NCBI RefSeq assembly: GCF_964204645.1
Contig: NC_134027.1
Coordinates: forward strand, 16,090,485 to 16,154,484
DNA from: Tubulanus polymorphus
Taxonomy: Eukaryota > Animalia > Nemertea
DNA: 64,000 nucleotides
Reading direction: 5' to 3'
Shown: piece by piece, positions 54,082-63,713 of the stretch
How positions within the stretch are numbered: position 1 is the stretch's first letter
Layout: each line of letters begins with the position of its first letter
Position numbers and translations under genes: made by a program
The notes under the pieces: generated by a model
Databases searched by the model: none
Told to the model about the DNA's origin: nothing
What the model saw: only the letters and a program-made list of their open reading frames with translations

Positions 54082-56268
54082 TTACATTTGAACGTTAATA
54101 AGGCTACATTTGCAACTTTGGTAACAACTTGGAAACAAATCGTCCTCACACTCAACGTCGCTTTCAATGTCTGAATTATTGTCGGTGTCCATAAGAGGAT
54201 CGTATCCTTGTAATATTTCATTACATATTTCAATCCTACACCTTGCATATTCCAACACTTCGGAAACTTCAACAAGAGGTATAAAAGTTGAAGAAACATC
54301 TTTGCCAGGAACTTTGATGCTGCGTCGTGCGGAGTTGAAATAATCGGAATCGATAATTGCTGACATTACTCTTGCGATTTCAGGATGCAAGAGATACTTT
54401 GTAAAACGTTTGATCACAGACTGTATTTGATCTGCACAGGCGTATGAAAAATCCCAACAACTTAATACGTTTACAAGATATTGTGTCATCATAAATAATT
54501 TGTCTCTAAGAGTATTACAAACCACACCTGGTAGTAGTTTTAGTAACATTCCTCGTAAGTCTGTAATTGTACAGAAATACAACTGTGAAAGAGTAAGTTT
54601 GTCTCGTTTAGTATTTTGAATTTCATCTAGCCAAACATCGCCGTCCAAACAGTACATGGCAAATCTTTCTTTCAGGATGTTGGCGTTGTCGGTACTAATC
54701 AATCGCTTCTGAAGTTTCTTGTCCCAATCACCGTACAGCTTAAACGGCGAAACGTTTGAGAAAATTATTACTTGGAGTTTTTCATTGTTTGTTTGAAACG
54801 AGTCGCCATAACTTTTACAATTTCCAGAAAAGTGTTCGGGGTTTCCACCAGCTAGAGCAGCGAGACTGCTGAACTCCAATTTTCGCTTTTCACTAAACTC
54901 GTCAAAGAACAGGAATTGAACGTTACGGCGAATATTGGTCCAATTATTGGTATCGTTGACGCACTGCGCGTTGTATAGTTTACAAAATGTATCGGCATTA
55001 AAGGTTTTTCCCCAATTGGGCCCATACGACCAAATGTACAAGCTGCGTCGTTTTACACCAATTCGGTATGGTATTATGGGTATTTCTATTGATTCTTTCC
55101 ATGGTTCTAGGGGTGTGTATATACCGTCTTCGTCTTGTTTACCTCGTCGGAATTTCATGACGTAAGTTTCCTCTAGATCAGGTTTTTGCTCGGATTCAGA
55201 AACTAGTTTGTTGTATTGAGATCTGGCACTTTGAACATAGGATATTTCGGTAAGTTTGATTGTGCCCTCGTTGACCAATTGATGTATGCTTTTTGTTAGC
55301 AATTCTTTGTTTTTGTGCTTTTGTTTGTCACATTTCGCGGTATACTCTATAATCGACTTTATTTGGTCAATCTCGTACATTTCGCCTACATTTAACAGTA
55401 GTTGACTGTCAATGTTAGCGCTTAGGTCGATACTTTGTTCGAGTATACTTTTTGGAAAGGGGGTATCGAAATTTCGACCTGACACCGATATGTTGTACTT
55501 GGTGAGTGTTTTCGCTAAGTTTTTAAAATCCATCTTTTTCTTTTCGTTTGATAATAGTAAAACATTGTTGTTTAACAAACAAGTGTTTTCTATTTTGTAG
55601 TCGTGAACGAACTTGACAATATTATCAACGCATTGTTTTTGGGCCTCGGTTCCATCATCGGTGGTCACTTGTAGACACAGTGTTTTGGTGTGGATGCGTT
55701 TCGATAAATTCACTTCTTCAAATTTCACATGTTTTATCTTAGGCTGGATATGTTTTGTTCTCAAATCGTATACAGTGATGTCTTTTAGGTCTTTGATGTG
55801 TTGTATTAGATACTTGAAATCATCATCCAGTTGTTTCTCGGCGTTTTTGGTGACATAATCTATGTCTTTTTGGGCTTTTGATAGATTGTCGTCTGTGTAG
55901 TTACACCATGTCATGATGTCGTTTGGTGTAATGTTGGTGTTACCTGTAAGATTCCTACAGACAATTGATGTAAGGATGGGTAAATAGTGTTTGGTGAAAT
56001 CACTTGCTCGTAAATCTTTTCCATCAATCAAATCAATGACATCTTTGTCTGTACGGACAACGACAGATGAATTGGGTAGTTTTAAAGGCCTGTCGGGAAC
56101 TGCGTCTTTTGGGTGTTGATTTTCGTCCGCTGAGTGTTGGCATTTTTTGGAGCGTTTGATACAAGTCGTGCTTGGTTCATTTGCTGCTAATGATGCTGAC
56201 GAAGATTTTCTTTTTCTCTTTGTAGTAGAATGTTTTGGTAAAGTCATGCTGTTTGTCGTTGACTTCAA
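54082..56268 (-). CDS. Protein with superfamily 3 helicase/ATPase domain
   Basis: Walker A SLYIWSYGPNWGKT, Walker B FLFFDEF, motif C VIIFSN, Arg-finger-like LKERF. Confidence 0.75.
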   Translation of the reverse strand: MKSTTNSMTLPKHSTTKRKRKSSSASLAANEPSTTCIKRSKKCQHSADENQHPKDAVPDRPLKLPNSSVVVRTDKDVIDLIDGKDLRASDFTKHYLPILTSIVCRNLTGNTNITPNDIMTWCNYTDDNLSKAQKDIDYVTKNAEKQLDDDFKYLIQHIKDLKDITVYDLRTKHIQPKIKHVKFEEVNLSKRIHTKTLCLQVTTDDGTEAQKQCVDNIVKFVHDYKIENTCLLNNNVLLLSNEKKKMDFKNLAKTLTKYNISVSGRNFDTPFPKSILEQSIDLSANIDSQLLLNVGEMYEIDQIKSIIEYTAKCDKQKHKNKELLTKSIHQLVNEGTIKLTEISYVQSARSQYNKLVSESEQKPDLEETYVMKFRRGKQDEDGIYTPLEPWKESIEIPIIPYRIGVKRRSLYIWSYGPNWGKTFNADTFCKLYNAQCVNDTNNWTNIRRNVQFLFFDEFSEKRKLEFSSLAALAGGNPEHFSGNCKSYGDSFQTNNEKLQVIIFSNVSPFKLYGDWDKKLQKRLISTDNANILKERFAMYCLDGDVWLDEIQNTKRDKLTLSQLYFCTITDLRGMLLKLLPGVVCNTLRDKLFMMTQYLVNVLSCWDFSYACADQIQSVIKRFTKYLLHPEIARVMSAIIDSDYFNSARRSIKVPGKDVSSTFIPLVEVSEVLEYARCRIEICNEILQGYDPLMDTDNNSDIESDVECEDDLFPSCYQSCKCSLINVQM

Positions 56269-56322
56269 TTCGGAGTATGGTTGGATTAATGACCGACTAG
56301 GTTGTGCTTCAGGACTAGATAA

Positions 56323-57051
56323 CTAGGGCAAAATGGATAGAACTGTAGAGCTGCAGATTTTACTTTGGTTAACAGCACGGAATTGTTGGTTTTTGTTGTA
56401 GACACCCTTGTCTATCATAAAACCATATTTTGTGTTAGAATTTTTGAATTCTAGAACACATCGTTTCATATCGGTTATTTCGTTAAATATAATATTTGGG
56501 TATATAACATGAAACGAATGCTTGTATTTCGTTTTCCTCACACGACTACTGGTTAGTACGAGACGCTGGGTAAATTCTGCTGCGGACATGGTGTCGTCGG
56601 TTTTGAATTTGATTAAGTACTTTTCAAATTCATTCACCATGTTTGATAGTAAATCTCGAGCATTTTGTTCTCGTGAGCGCGAGTCGTCATTGACGTTTCG
56701 ATCTGTTGTCCACTCGATGTCTAAATAAAGACGCTTTGGCTTCGTGTCATCTATTACTTCATAAACGTGTTCATCTGAACTCATGAGAGCTTGTACCAGT
56801 ATTTTGTCTCTCATTTGTGAATTGGATTCAGGCCTTTCGAATATGGAAGAACTAAATCTTTTACTGGTAGACTTTTTTCCATTGCCATTGGAATATGTAA
56901 CATCAATAGCAATGATTTTTTGAATGTTTTTTTCAACAGCTTCATTGAGTTTACAAGACTCGTTTTTCGAATCAAAAATTTTCATCATGAGACCATGCAG
57001 AGGGTGTGTAACATCGGGAATAGGTGCTGTTGTACTAAATACAATTTTCAC
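56323..57051 (-). CDS. Archaeo-eukaryotic primase, PrimPol-like catalytic domain
   Basis: HVYEVI..RLYLDIE (motif I), KHSFHVI (motif II), IDKGVYNKNQQFR (motif III); in frame with the helicase across one TAG. Confidence 0.85.
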   Translation of the reverse strand: MKIVFSTTAPIPDVTHPLHGLMMKIFDSKNESCKLNEAVEKNIQKIIAIDVTYSNGNGKKSTSKRFSSSIFERPESNSQMRDKILVQALMSSDEHVYEVIDDTKPKRLYLDIEWTTDRNVNDDSRSREQNARDLLSNMVNEFEKYLIKFKTDDTMSAAEFTQRLVLTSSRVRKTKYKHSFHVIYPNIIFNEITDMKRCVLEFKNSNTKYGFMIDKGVYNKNQQFRAVNQSKICSSTVLSILP

Positions 57052-57215
57052 ACAACCATGCGTTCAGCAGTACTGTGGCTTGTACTAATATGACATTTCA
57101 CCGGACAAGTCCGCCGTATTATTTATATGTGTGTCTGAACTTTTCTCACCAGATACGATTTTTCCTAACTCTAACCACAAACTAGTTGAGTCCACTTTAA
57201 ACAGTGAAATAGTGG

Positions 57216-57266
57216 ACCTGATGGTAGCGGAACGTTTTGCCTGAAATCGTTCCGCTATCATCAGGT
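57216..57266. other. 19-bp-stem hairpin
   Basis: ACCTGATGGTAGCGGAACG / CGTTCCGCTATCATCAGGT, one G-T pair, 13-nt loop. Confidence 0.85.
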
Positions 57267-57433
57267 AATGCATTAGGAAAGTGCAAACCCTTATGGTTAG
57301 AGGCTAGTATATCACTCCTAAAACATATGGGAAATCGTTACTTCCTGGTTCTAATGTTGAGATAACAAATCTTGTACTTCCTGGTTTTAATGATGAAGAA
57401 TTGTACAGTAGGGTTAGGAAGGCAAAAGGCCAA

Positions 57434-57523
57434 TACCAGGAGTGGGGATCGAACCAACGCGGATATAATCGTGTTGTCCATTGGATCTTAATTCCAACGC
57501 CTTAACCGCTCGGCCATCCTGGC
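57434..57523 (-). tRNA. tRNA-Leu(TAA)-like gene, divergent
   Basis: GCCAGGATGGCCGAGCGGTTAAGGCGTTGGA-ATTAAGA-TCCAA..GGTTCGATCCCCACTCCTGGTA; A and B boxes intact, long variable arm, TTTT 6 nt downstream. Confidence 0.8.
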
Positions 57524-57581
57524 GATTGATATTACTTTTGACTCAAAGCGATGTTAGACTATTGCTGCTGCTGGCTGAGTG

Positions 57582-58070
57582 GAAAATAGGGGGCTAGGGC
57601 TGCATACCCCCACGCCATCTAGCGTAGGTCCCATGCACTGAAATGGAATAGCGTAGGTCCCATGCACTGAAATGGAAACCTGGGACGAACGACTGAAATG
57701 GAAACCTTGTGTATTGTTGTTGTGTGGTTGGGGAGGGGGGAGAGGAGAGGAGTGTGTGAGGTGAGTGTGAGGGGGAGGAGCTTGTTCGATGGGAGATTCG
57801 ATCTTATGGTAACGAGGTCTACCTGTTGGATGGGGTCGAAGGTCAGTAGGTCGGTAGGTCGGTAGGTCAGAGTTTTTGTGTATTGTTGTTGTGTGTAGGT
57901 CGGTAGGTCGGTAGGTCGGTAGGTCGGTATGTCAGTAGGTCAGTAGGTCAGTAGGTCATCTAAGGAAAATAGGGGGCCTCGGACACATACCCCCCCTTTT
58001 TGAGTTTTTGTTGAGTTTTTGTTTGAGTTTTTGTGTATTGTTGTTGTGTGGTTGGAGAGGGGGGAGAGGT
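57582..58070. repeat. Complex repeat region with G/C runs and short tandem arrays
   Basis: GAAAATAGGGGGC..CATACCCCC x2, 29-bp TAGCGTAGGTCCCATGCACTGAAATGGAA x2, TTGTGTATTGTTGTTGTGTG x3, (GTAGGTCR)n arrays. Confidence 0.8.
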
Positions 58071-58136
58071 AGTGTACCCACCGTTTATTACACAGGTGGA
58101 CCAGGTACTGTTACCGATGCAGATTTAACAGCGAAA

Positions 58137-58388
58137 ATGAGCAAATTGTCTCTCGGTGGTAAGAGTGGCCCAATTTATCACGGTCCACCGCCGACCGTTC
58201 GCACTTATAGCGGATTTAGCACCAGCCTACCGTTCAAACACTGTACCGACAACCCAGAAGCTGTCATGGCTAAACGTGCCGGTGGTGCGGGCAAAGGCAA
58301 GCCTCAACAACATTTTTGCTATCACGAAAAATCTACACCGGGTTCTTATAAAGTTCTCGGAGTTAAGAATTATTCTATTATGCAGTAA
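58137..58388 (+). CDS. Small hypothetical protein
   Basis: ATG at 58137 within ORF 58008-58388, whose 5' part lies in repeats. Confidence 0.4.
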   Translation: MSKLSLGGKSGPIYHGPPPTVRTYSGFSTSLPFKHCTDNPEAVMAKRAGGAGKGKPQQHFCYHEKSTPGSYKVLGVKNYSIMQ

Positions 58389-58412
58389 ACTAAAGTTCTA
58401 CTAAAGTTCTAA

Positions 58413-61400
58413 ATGAACTCATGTGTCCTGTCGGGTGAGAAAAATTGGAAACCAAAATTAGTATTTACGAAAATATCCTCACATTATTGGATCATTTACC
58501 ATGTCAACATCGGTGCTATGAAGATGTACAACAACAACACAGTTGCGATATGGCGATGTATTGTAATTTTCATCGTTATATCTACAGCAATAAATGCCAC
58601 AAATAAGGCGTCTATTATTCAACCGGCAGCACGAGACCAAGACGACGATGAAGTGTGGCCTGACCCGACAATTCACATAAAACGCATAGATGTGGTGTCC
58701 TACACGGTAGAATGTAAAATACACGTAGTCGACTCGGTCAAGATTCCACATTCGTTAAATTTGAAAAACTTTGACGATAACAATAAAAACGGTGTCTACA
58801 TTACGGCAAATTTTGGCACAGACTTGGACATGAACAGGTGCACCAACGGAATAACTTGGAAAAATTGGTACATCTACTCTGAAGGATACACTTATAAACA
58901 CGGATATTATCTATCGATCAAAAATAGAATCAAAGCAAAGTGCAATCACATATTCACCGAACAAAACGAAAACATCTACAGTCTCCAAATTATGATAAGT
59001 CCTGTTACAGAATTGGACTTGAGTGAATGGTGGTGTGAAATGAAAAGACCGATAAGCGTCAGGCGATCGTCGATTATAAAAAGTCAGGTAACATCTTCCA
59101 TTTTTCTATCTCAGTACAGATTGAACGATGCCGGAGATGTGGATGCACCGACAATTCGAAACTCGTTCAATAGACCCAAGGTGGAATTACTGAGCGATCC
59201 AGATGATTCACAGCTGGCCTTTGGTTGTTTTGTGGACAATTTTAAATGGAGTCTGGTCACCAAGCCATCGCAATTTTGGAATCCAGTTTTCTTTACGCAG
59301 TCAGCGATTGGCTACGAAGAACTTGCCAAACCTGTGCGTTTTGAAGATCGCGTGCTTACTCAGGCAGACTTATCTGGGCGTATAACACCCAGTGTTGTCG
59401 GATTTAACCAATCTTTGCTAGTCTACTCATACGACGATAGTTTACCCACTTTGGACTTGACTATGTCACAGCCCAAGGAACAAGAACACTGTGGCGATTA
59501 CAGTTTAGTCCAAGGCTACGATAACGGCCGCGAACTTACAGACGACGACCGCAAAGTGGCAGCTAGCGGTAAAACCGTCTGTTTCGCGAGTGGCCCAGCA
59601 GAAATTGTGTTGGCCAACGGTAAGACCATGTATATTGGAACTTTCGGACAAAACCCAGTGTTCAACCCGTACATCAACGATCGACACGACATAACTAAAT
59701 TTCAACAAGACATGGCTTTTCCCGCAGACGATAAACAGCCAACTTGCTGGGCCAACATTTATCTCATTGGCGACGTGAAAAATATGATACCCGGCTACTC
59801 GAAAGACATGCCTCACACCGGAGGTGAGCCCATCGAGCGACACATTTCCGATACGGGAAAAACTTCGTTTCCCATTTTGACCACAAACGATCGATCGGTA
59901 TGGGAATCGTTTGGCACTGTGGACATGAGAAAAATATCCATCGTCATGCTACAAGTACCCGATCTAAACTCGGTCATCAAATGGGGACCGGTAAAAGGTA
60001 AAATTCAACCCATATCGGAGAAATACCGCCACGACAACAAAAAACACTGGTCTGTAAGACTTTATTACGGCAAAAAAACACCATATGATTTTGTCTACGG
60101 CGTCTATTTCTTCAAACACCTGCAATTCCGATGGCAAGCACCCAGAGGTCAAAAATATCCAAAACGATGTGGAGTTGGTTACAATGCTCCGATACCCGAC
60201 TGGTGGCACGTGACCATGTCCGAATCCGACATAACCAATGCCTATCGCCAATATATCGAATATTTGGCCACCATGAAAGAAGTACAATATAAGATAGCCG
60301 AAACGAAAAAAATACCCAAACGCGGCAACATTCCAGCTCATGATGCATATATGTTCAAGTGCTCGAGTTCGCATCCGACAGGCGTTAGACCACAAGATAA
60401 AGTCGTAGTGATGTACTACGCTAGCGATGCTTGTGAAATAGTAGTAGAGACAGAGGGTCAGGACTTGGTGTTTCATTCGCCCAAAGACAACGGAAAATAT
60501 TGCGGCACAGAAGATGGTGGCTATAGGTGGCGGTTCCACACATCGACACAAGAGGAATCTAGCGATTTTATTCTGAGAAATAAACTCCGAAAATCTGGAA
60601 CTAGATTTGAAGAACGTGTCTCCTGTGCCAGTGCGAGGTACGTTTGTTTTGCCGGCGGATTAAACAACAATAAAAAGCGCAGAGACATAAAATTAATGGA
60701 CTACGTACCACTGAGAACCGGTGAAGGCGGCATACCTTCATATAAATCGGTCACCGTGCAACGCAGTATCAGAGAAGGAATAATTCCCGCCAACAGATGT
60801 CCACAATACACGAACAAGGGAGAAAGTGAATTACTACACGAAGTGCATTCTGTACAAATTGGACAAGTTGGCGGACATTCTGGTGTTGAAAAGTGTGACG
60901 ATACTATCAATGTTCAAGCGTGGTTAAATCGCTACGCCCCGGGCAGAGTGGTGTTTGGTTACATCAACAAATCATTCGATACTTACAACATGCTTCATAA
61001 ATATGTCACTATCGAAAACATGTTTATACCATCGTATAAGTTGATCGATAACCCACAAGTATTTTTACCCAACACAAAACAATCGATGCAAACCATAGAC
61101 GTTGGACGTTTAATGAACGGTTTTCGGCAAAAATTGAAAAACTACTGCCAAGGCAACAGCCAAGAAGTATTAAAAAATGCTAAAGAAAATCAATTGGTGT
61201 TACCCAACTGTCTTGTGGAGCACGGTGATGTTTTACTCGCCTATGGATTCAATACGAAAAATTGGAATTGGCAATGTCCGTGCATAGTCACATCAACGTC
61301 TTGTAAACGTACCGCTACCCCGAAACTCGACACCAGAGTGGCATCGGCCAAGTTTACTTGGTTCACTCTATTGGGTAATCTCAATTACATGAAGGTCGGT

Positions 61401-63524
61401 CTACGTTGTAACGCACTCGGTCAAATTGGTTATCGGAAAAATTTGTACATGGCTTTCATGGAGAAAATTTGCAACGGACAGGTGCCATTACCCTCTCTCG
61501 GTTCAATTGGTAGATCAAGACTTTTGCAAAGAGCCCCCGACTATATGATTACACCGATATTTTTCAATTCTGGCCAAATTGCGAGTAACGACAAGCCCGA
61601 AGACGTAGTGACTGTTATGTGTCCAATGTTCCACAAATCTTGCGATTTCAAGCGTGCCGTTCACGTGGTTGTGGAATTTGCCCACTACAGTAGTTTAACG
61701 GCAGCAAGCAAAAACAAACGACGTTATCTTTTATTCGACATGAATCGCGTTAACACTTTAACCCGACATAAATGTGTTGGTATATCAGTTGACGGTACCG
61801 CAGGATCGATTTACAAGACGAAAAAACCACATAATTATCTAATAGGAGACGATGTCCTCGGTGGTTCGAGTAATGATCGCTGCGCTGTGTACGACAACAT
61901 TTATCCAGCCGGTAGAGATGGTGTATCGCCTACACAGTTGTTCAAAAAATACATCATACAGGCTACCCAAGATGAAGCTCAGTTGGAATCTGATCAAATG
62001 TCGGTCGATGATAAAGCACCAAAGACACCTGAAACTGTAAATATTCGCCGTAGCGAACTTGAAGGAATGGAGCGAATTTGGTGTTCGTACCCAGGACTAA
62101 ATGTGGTATCCAGAGTCGTACAAGCTAAAGTCATGGACACACATTTGCGACGTATATGTCATGTTAACGATTATTACTCCACTTTGAAAAAAGGAGAAGG
62201 TAGACGTGATATCCTGTGTACAGTCAATTACAGAAAAGGCTGCCCATCACCGGTCGTTCAATTTTCAGTCACACGCGCAGTCGATCTCGGAACTTTGACT
62301 GTCAACTGTAAACATCGGGAAGCGATACATAATTACGACACTTATTTAAAGCTAAAGGCCAAAACTCCCTATAATGTGGACAATTACTTTTGCTATAGAT
62401 CAGACGACGACAATGGTATTAGTATAAGTCGAATAATGACAAATTATGAAATAACGAGCGGTGAAGCTAAATGTACGTACCATTTACCCAACGAACCGAG
62501 ATTAGATCCAGGTAGTGGATTTTCATCAGCAGATCTACCCGGAGTCAACAGGTACGATAAAGTCAACAATCTACCAAGAGATTCTTGTATCGTATGGAAT
62601 CCCCGAACAAATCACCCAATTATGTCAAGTAACCAATTCATAAACATGTATGCTGTAAATAAAAACTTACCCATCAACAAACAGGTGCACTCGCACACGG
62701 AATCTACCAAGTCTGAAACGTTCGGAAAATTGATCACATCACCAAACGCTGGCATGCAAGTCGATTGTCTACTACCCGAAAAATTTAACAAAGACGGCTC
62801 TGTTCCATGTACAGGAGATAATGTACCAAACGAACAAACACGAACATTGGTTGACGGAACAGCGATAAGTCTATACGCGGTCCTTCGAGTTGGTTCAAAC
62901 GATGCCATACCCCCTATGGAACTCAAAATAGCCAGCATAGATCACTATGGCACAGATCAAAAATGCCAAGTCAATAAAGACCTACTAGAAGGTTACAACA
63001 TGACCGAAGTTGGCGATGTGGGATTATATTGTAGCAACGTACCCATGAAACACGACAACATCAACGTGATACTAAGTGTGCAAATTAGCGACAGACTCAG
63101 TAAGACTAAAATTTTCATGAACAATAAACGATATACGATTGGATATCAATGTATGATGGGTGAAGGAGCTAACAAAGTCGAGAGTAAAGAATTGACTTAT
63201 ACCACACTTTCGGTATACAACTCTAGAATTGAAAATTTGATCACGAAACATGAAATGAAACCAAACCCAGATTCTAAACTACCCCAGCCACATGGTAAAA
63301 CGACAGTTCCAAGATATGAACCCGCCAAACACAAACATGCCGGCATACATCATGGTGAGATTCCAGATTCGTCCAGCCGTGTTCATGCAAAAGATCATTC
63401 CGGACGCACAAGGAACATTATTATTATCGGTTCTTGCTTAGGCGGAGTTTTGTTGATTGCAACTGGTGGATTTGTGTTTTATATTGCGAGAAGAAATCGT
63501 AGAATGTCAAAATTGAACAAATAA
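58413..63524 (+). CDS. Very large type I membrane glycoprotein with an Ig-like N-terminal domain (likely ATG ~58518)
   Basis: 1703-aa ORF; signal peptide VAIWRCIVIFIVISTAINA; YSLQIMISPVTELDLSEWWCE; Cys-rich; TM then basic tail; AATAAA at the stop. Confidence 0.85.
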   Translation: MNSCVLSGEKNWKPKLVFTKISSHYWIIYHVNIGAMKMYNNNTVAIWRCIVIFIVISTAINATNKASIIQPAARDQDDDEVWPDPTIHIKRIDVVSYTVECKIHVVDSVKIPHSLNLKNFDDNNKNGVYITANFGTDLDMNRCTNGITWKNWYIYSEGYTYKHGYYLSIKNRIKAKCNHIFTEQNENIYSLQIMISPVTELDLSEWWCEMKRPISVRRSSIIKSQVTSSIFLSQYRLNDAGDVDAPTIRNSFNRPKVELLSDPDDSQLAFGCFVDNFKWSLVTKPSQFWNPVFFTQSAIGYEELAKPVRFEDRVLTQADLSGRITPSVVGFNQSLLVYSYDDSLPTLDLTMSQPKEQEHCGDYSLVQGYDNGRELTDDDRKVAASGKTVCFASGPAEIVLANGKTMYIGTFGQNPVFNPYINDRHDITKFQQDMAFPADDKQPTCWANIYLIGDVKNMIPGYSKDMPHTGGEPIERHISDTGKTSFPILTTNDRSVWESFGTVDMRKISIVMLQVPDLNSVIKWGPVKGKIQPISEKYRHDNKKHWSVRLYYGKKTPYDFVYGVYFFKHLQFRWQAPRGQKYPKRCGVGYNAPIPDWWHVTMSESDITNAYRQYIEYLATMKEVQYKIAETKKIPKRGNIPAHDAYMFKCSSSHPTGVRPQDKVVVMYYASDACEIVVETEGQDLVFHSPKDNGKYCGTEDGGYRWRFHTSTQEESSDFILRNKLRKSGTRFEERVSCASARYVCFAGGLNNNKKRRDIKLMDYVPLRTGEGGIPSYKSVTVQRSIREGIIPANRCPQYTNKGESELLHEVHSVQIGQVGGHSGVEKCDDTINVQAWLNRYAPGRVVFGYINKSFDTYNMLHKYVTIENMFIPSYKLIDNPQVFLPNTKQSMQTIDVGRLMNGFRQKLKNYCQGNSQEVLKNAKENQLVLPNCLVEHGDVLLAYGFNTKNWNWQCPCIVTSTSCKRTATPKLDTRVASAKFTWFTLLGNLNYMKVGLRCNALGQIGYRKNLYMAFMEKICNGQVPLPSLGSIGRSRLLQRAPDYMITPIFFNSGQIASNDKPEDVVTVMCPMFHKSCDFKRAVHVVVEFAHYSSLTAASKNKRRYLLFDMNRVNTLTRHKCVGISVDGTAGSIYKTKKPHNYLIGDDVLGGSSNDRCAVYDNIYPAGRDGVSPTQLFKKYIIQATQDEAQLESDQMSVDDKAPKTPETVNIRRSELEGMERIWCSYPGLNVVSRVVQAKVMDTHLRRICHVNDYYSTLKKGEGRRDILCTVNYRKGCPSPVVQFSVTRAVDLGTLTVNCKHREAIHNYDTYLKLKAKTPYNVDNYFCYRSDDDNGISISRIMTNYEITSGEAKCTYHLPNEPRLDPGSGFSSADLPGVNRYDKVNNLPRDSCIVWNPRTNHPIMSSNQFINMYAVNKNLPINKQVHSHTESTKSETFGKLITSPNAGMQVDCLLPEKFNKDGSVPCTGDNVPNEQTRTLVDGTAISLYAVLRVGSNDAIPPMELKIASIDHYGTDQKCQVNKDLLEGYNMTEVGDVGLYCSNVPMKHDNINVILSVQISDRLSKTKIFMNNKRYTIGYQCMMGEGANKVESKELTYTTLSVYNSRIENLITKHEMKPNPDSKLPQPHGKTTVPRYEPAKHKHAGIHHGEIPDSSSRVHAKDHSGRTRNIIIIGSCLGGVLLIATGGFVFYIARRNRRMSKLNK

Positions 63525-63650
63525 ATAAATGAAATAATTGTATTTATAAATATGTTGTTATGGTTACTTTGTTATTGCACAAATTTACAAGTCCAGAACT
63601 GAAAATGTTACAAGTCCGAAAATAATTTCGTAACCCCAGCACAACTGTCC

Positions 63651-63713
63651 GCTTATTTCTCCTCTCGTATCCGTAACCTTAGTTCTCCTCTTGTAACCCG
63701 GTGAGAAATTAAG
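63651..63713. repeat. Dispersed 20-bp repeat locus, 2 units plus cap
   Basis: CTTATTTCTCCTCTCGTA..CTTAGTTCTCCTCTTGTAACCCGGTGAGAAAT. Confidence 0.85.

Noticed and set aside
57216-57266. Hairpin as a second hammerhead (contains CTGATGA on the minus strand)
   Set aside because: No stem II/GAAA/NUH arrangement; the motif is part of a simple long stem
57434-57523. tRNA as a suppressor explaining the in-frame stops
   Set aside because: Anticodon TAA decodes TTA (Leu), not a stop codon
258-62938. Numerous 60-200 aa ORFs antisense to or nested within long ORFs
   Set aside because: Shadow frames with no motifs or independent expression signals
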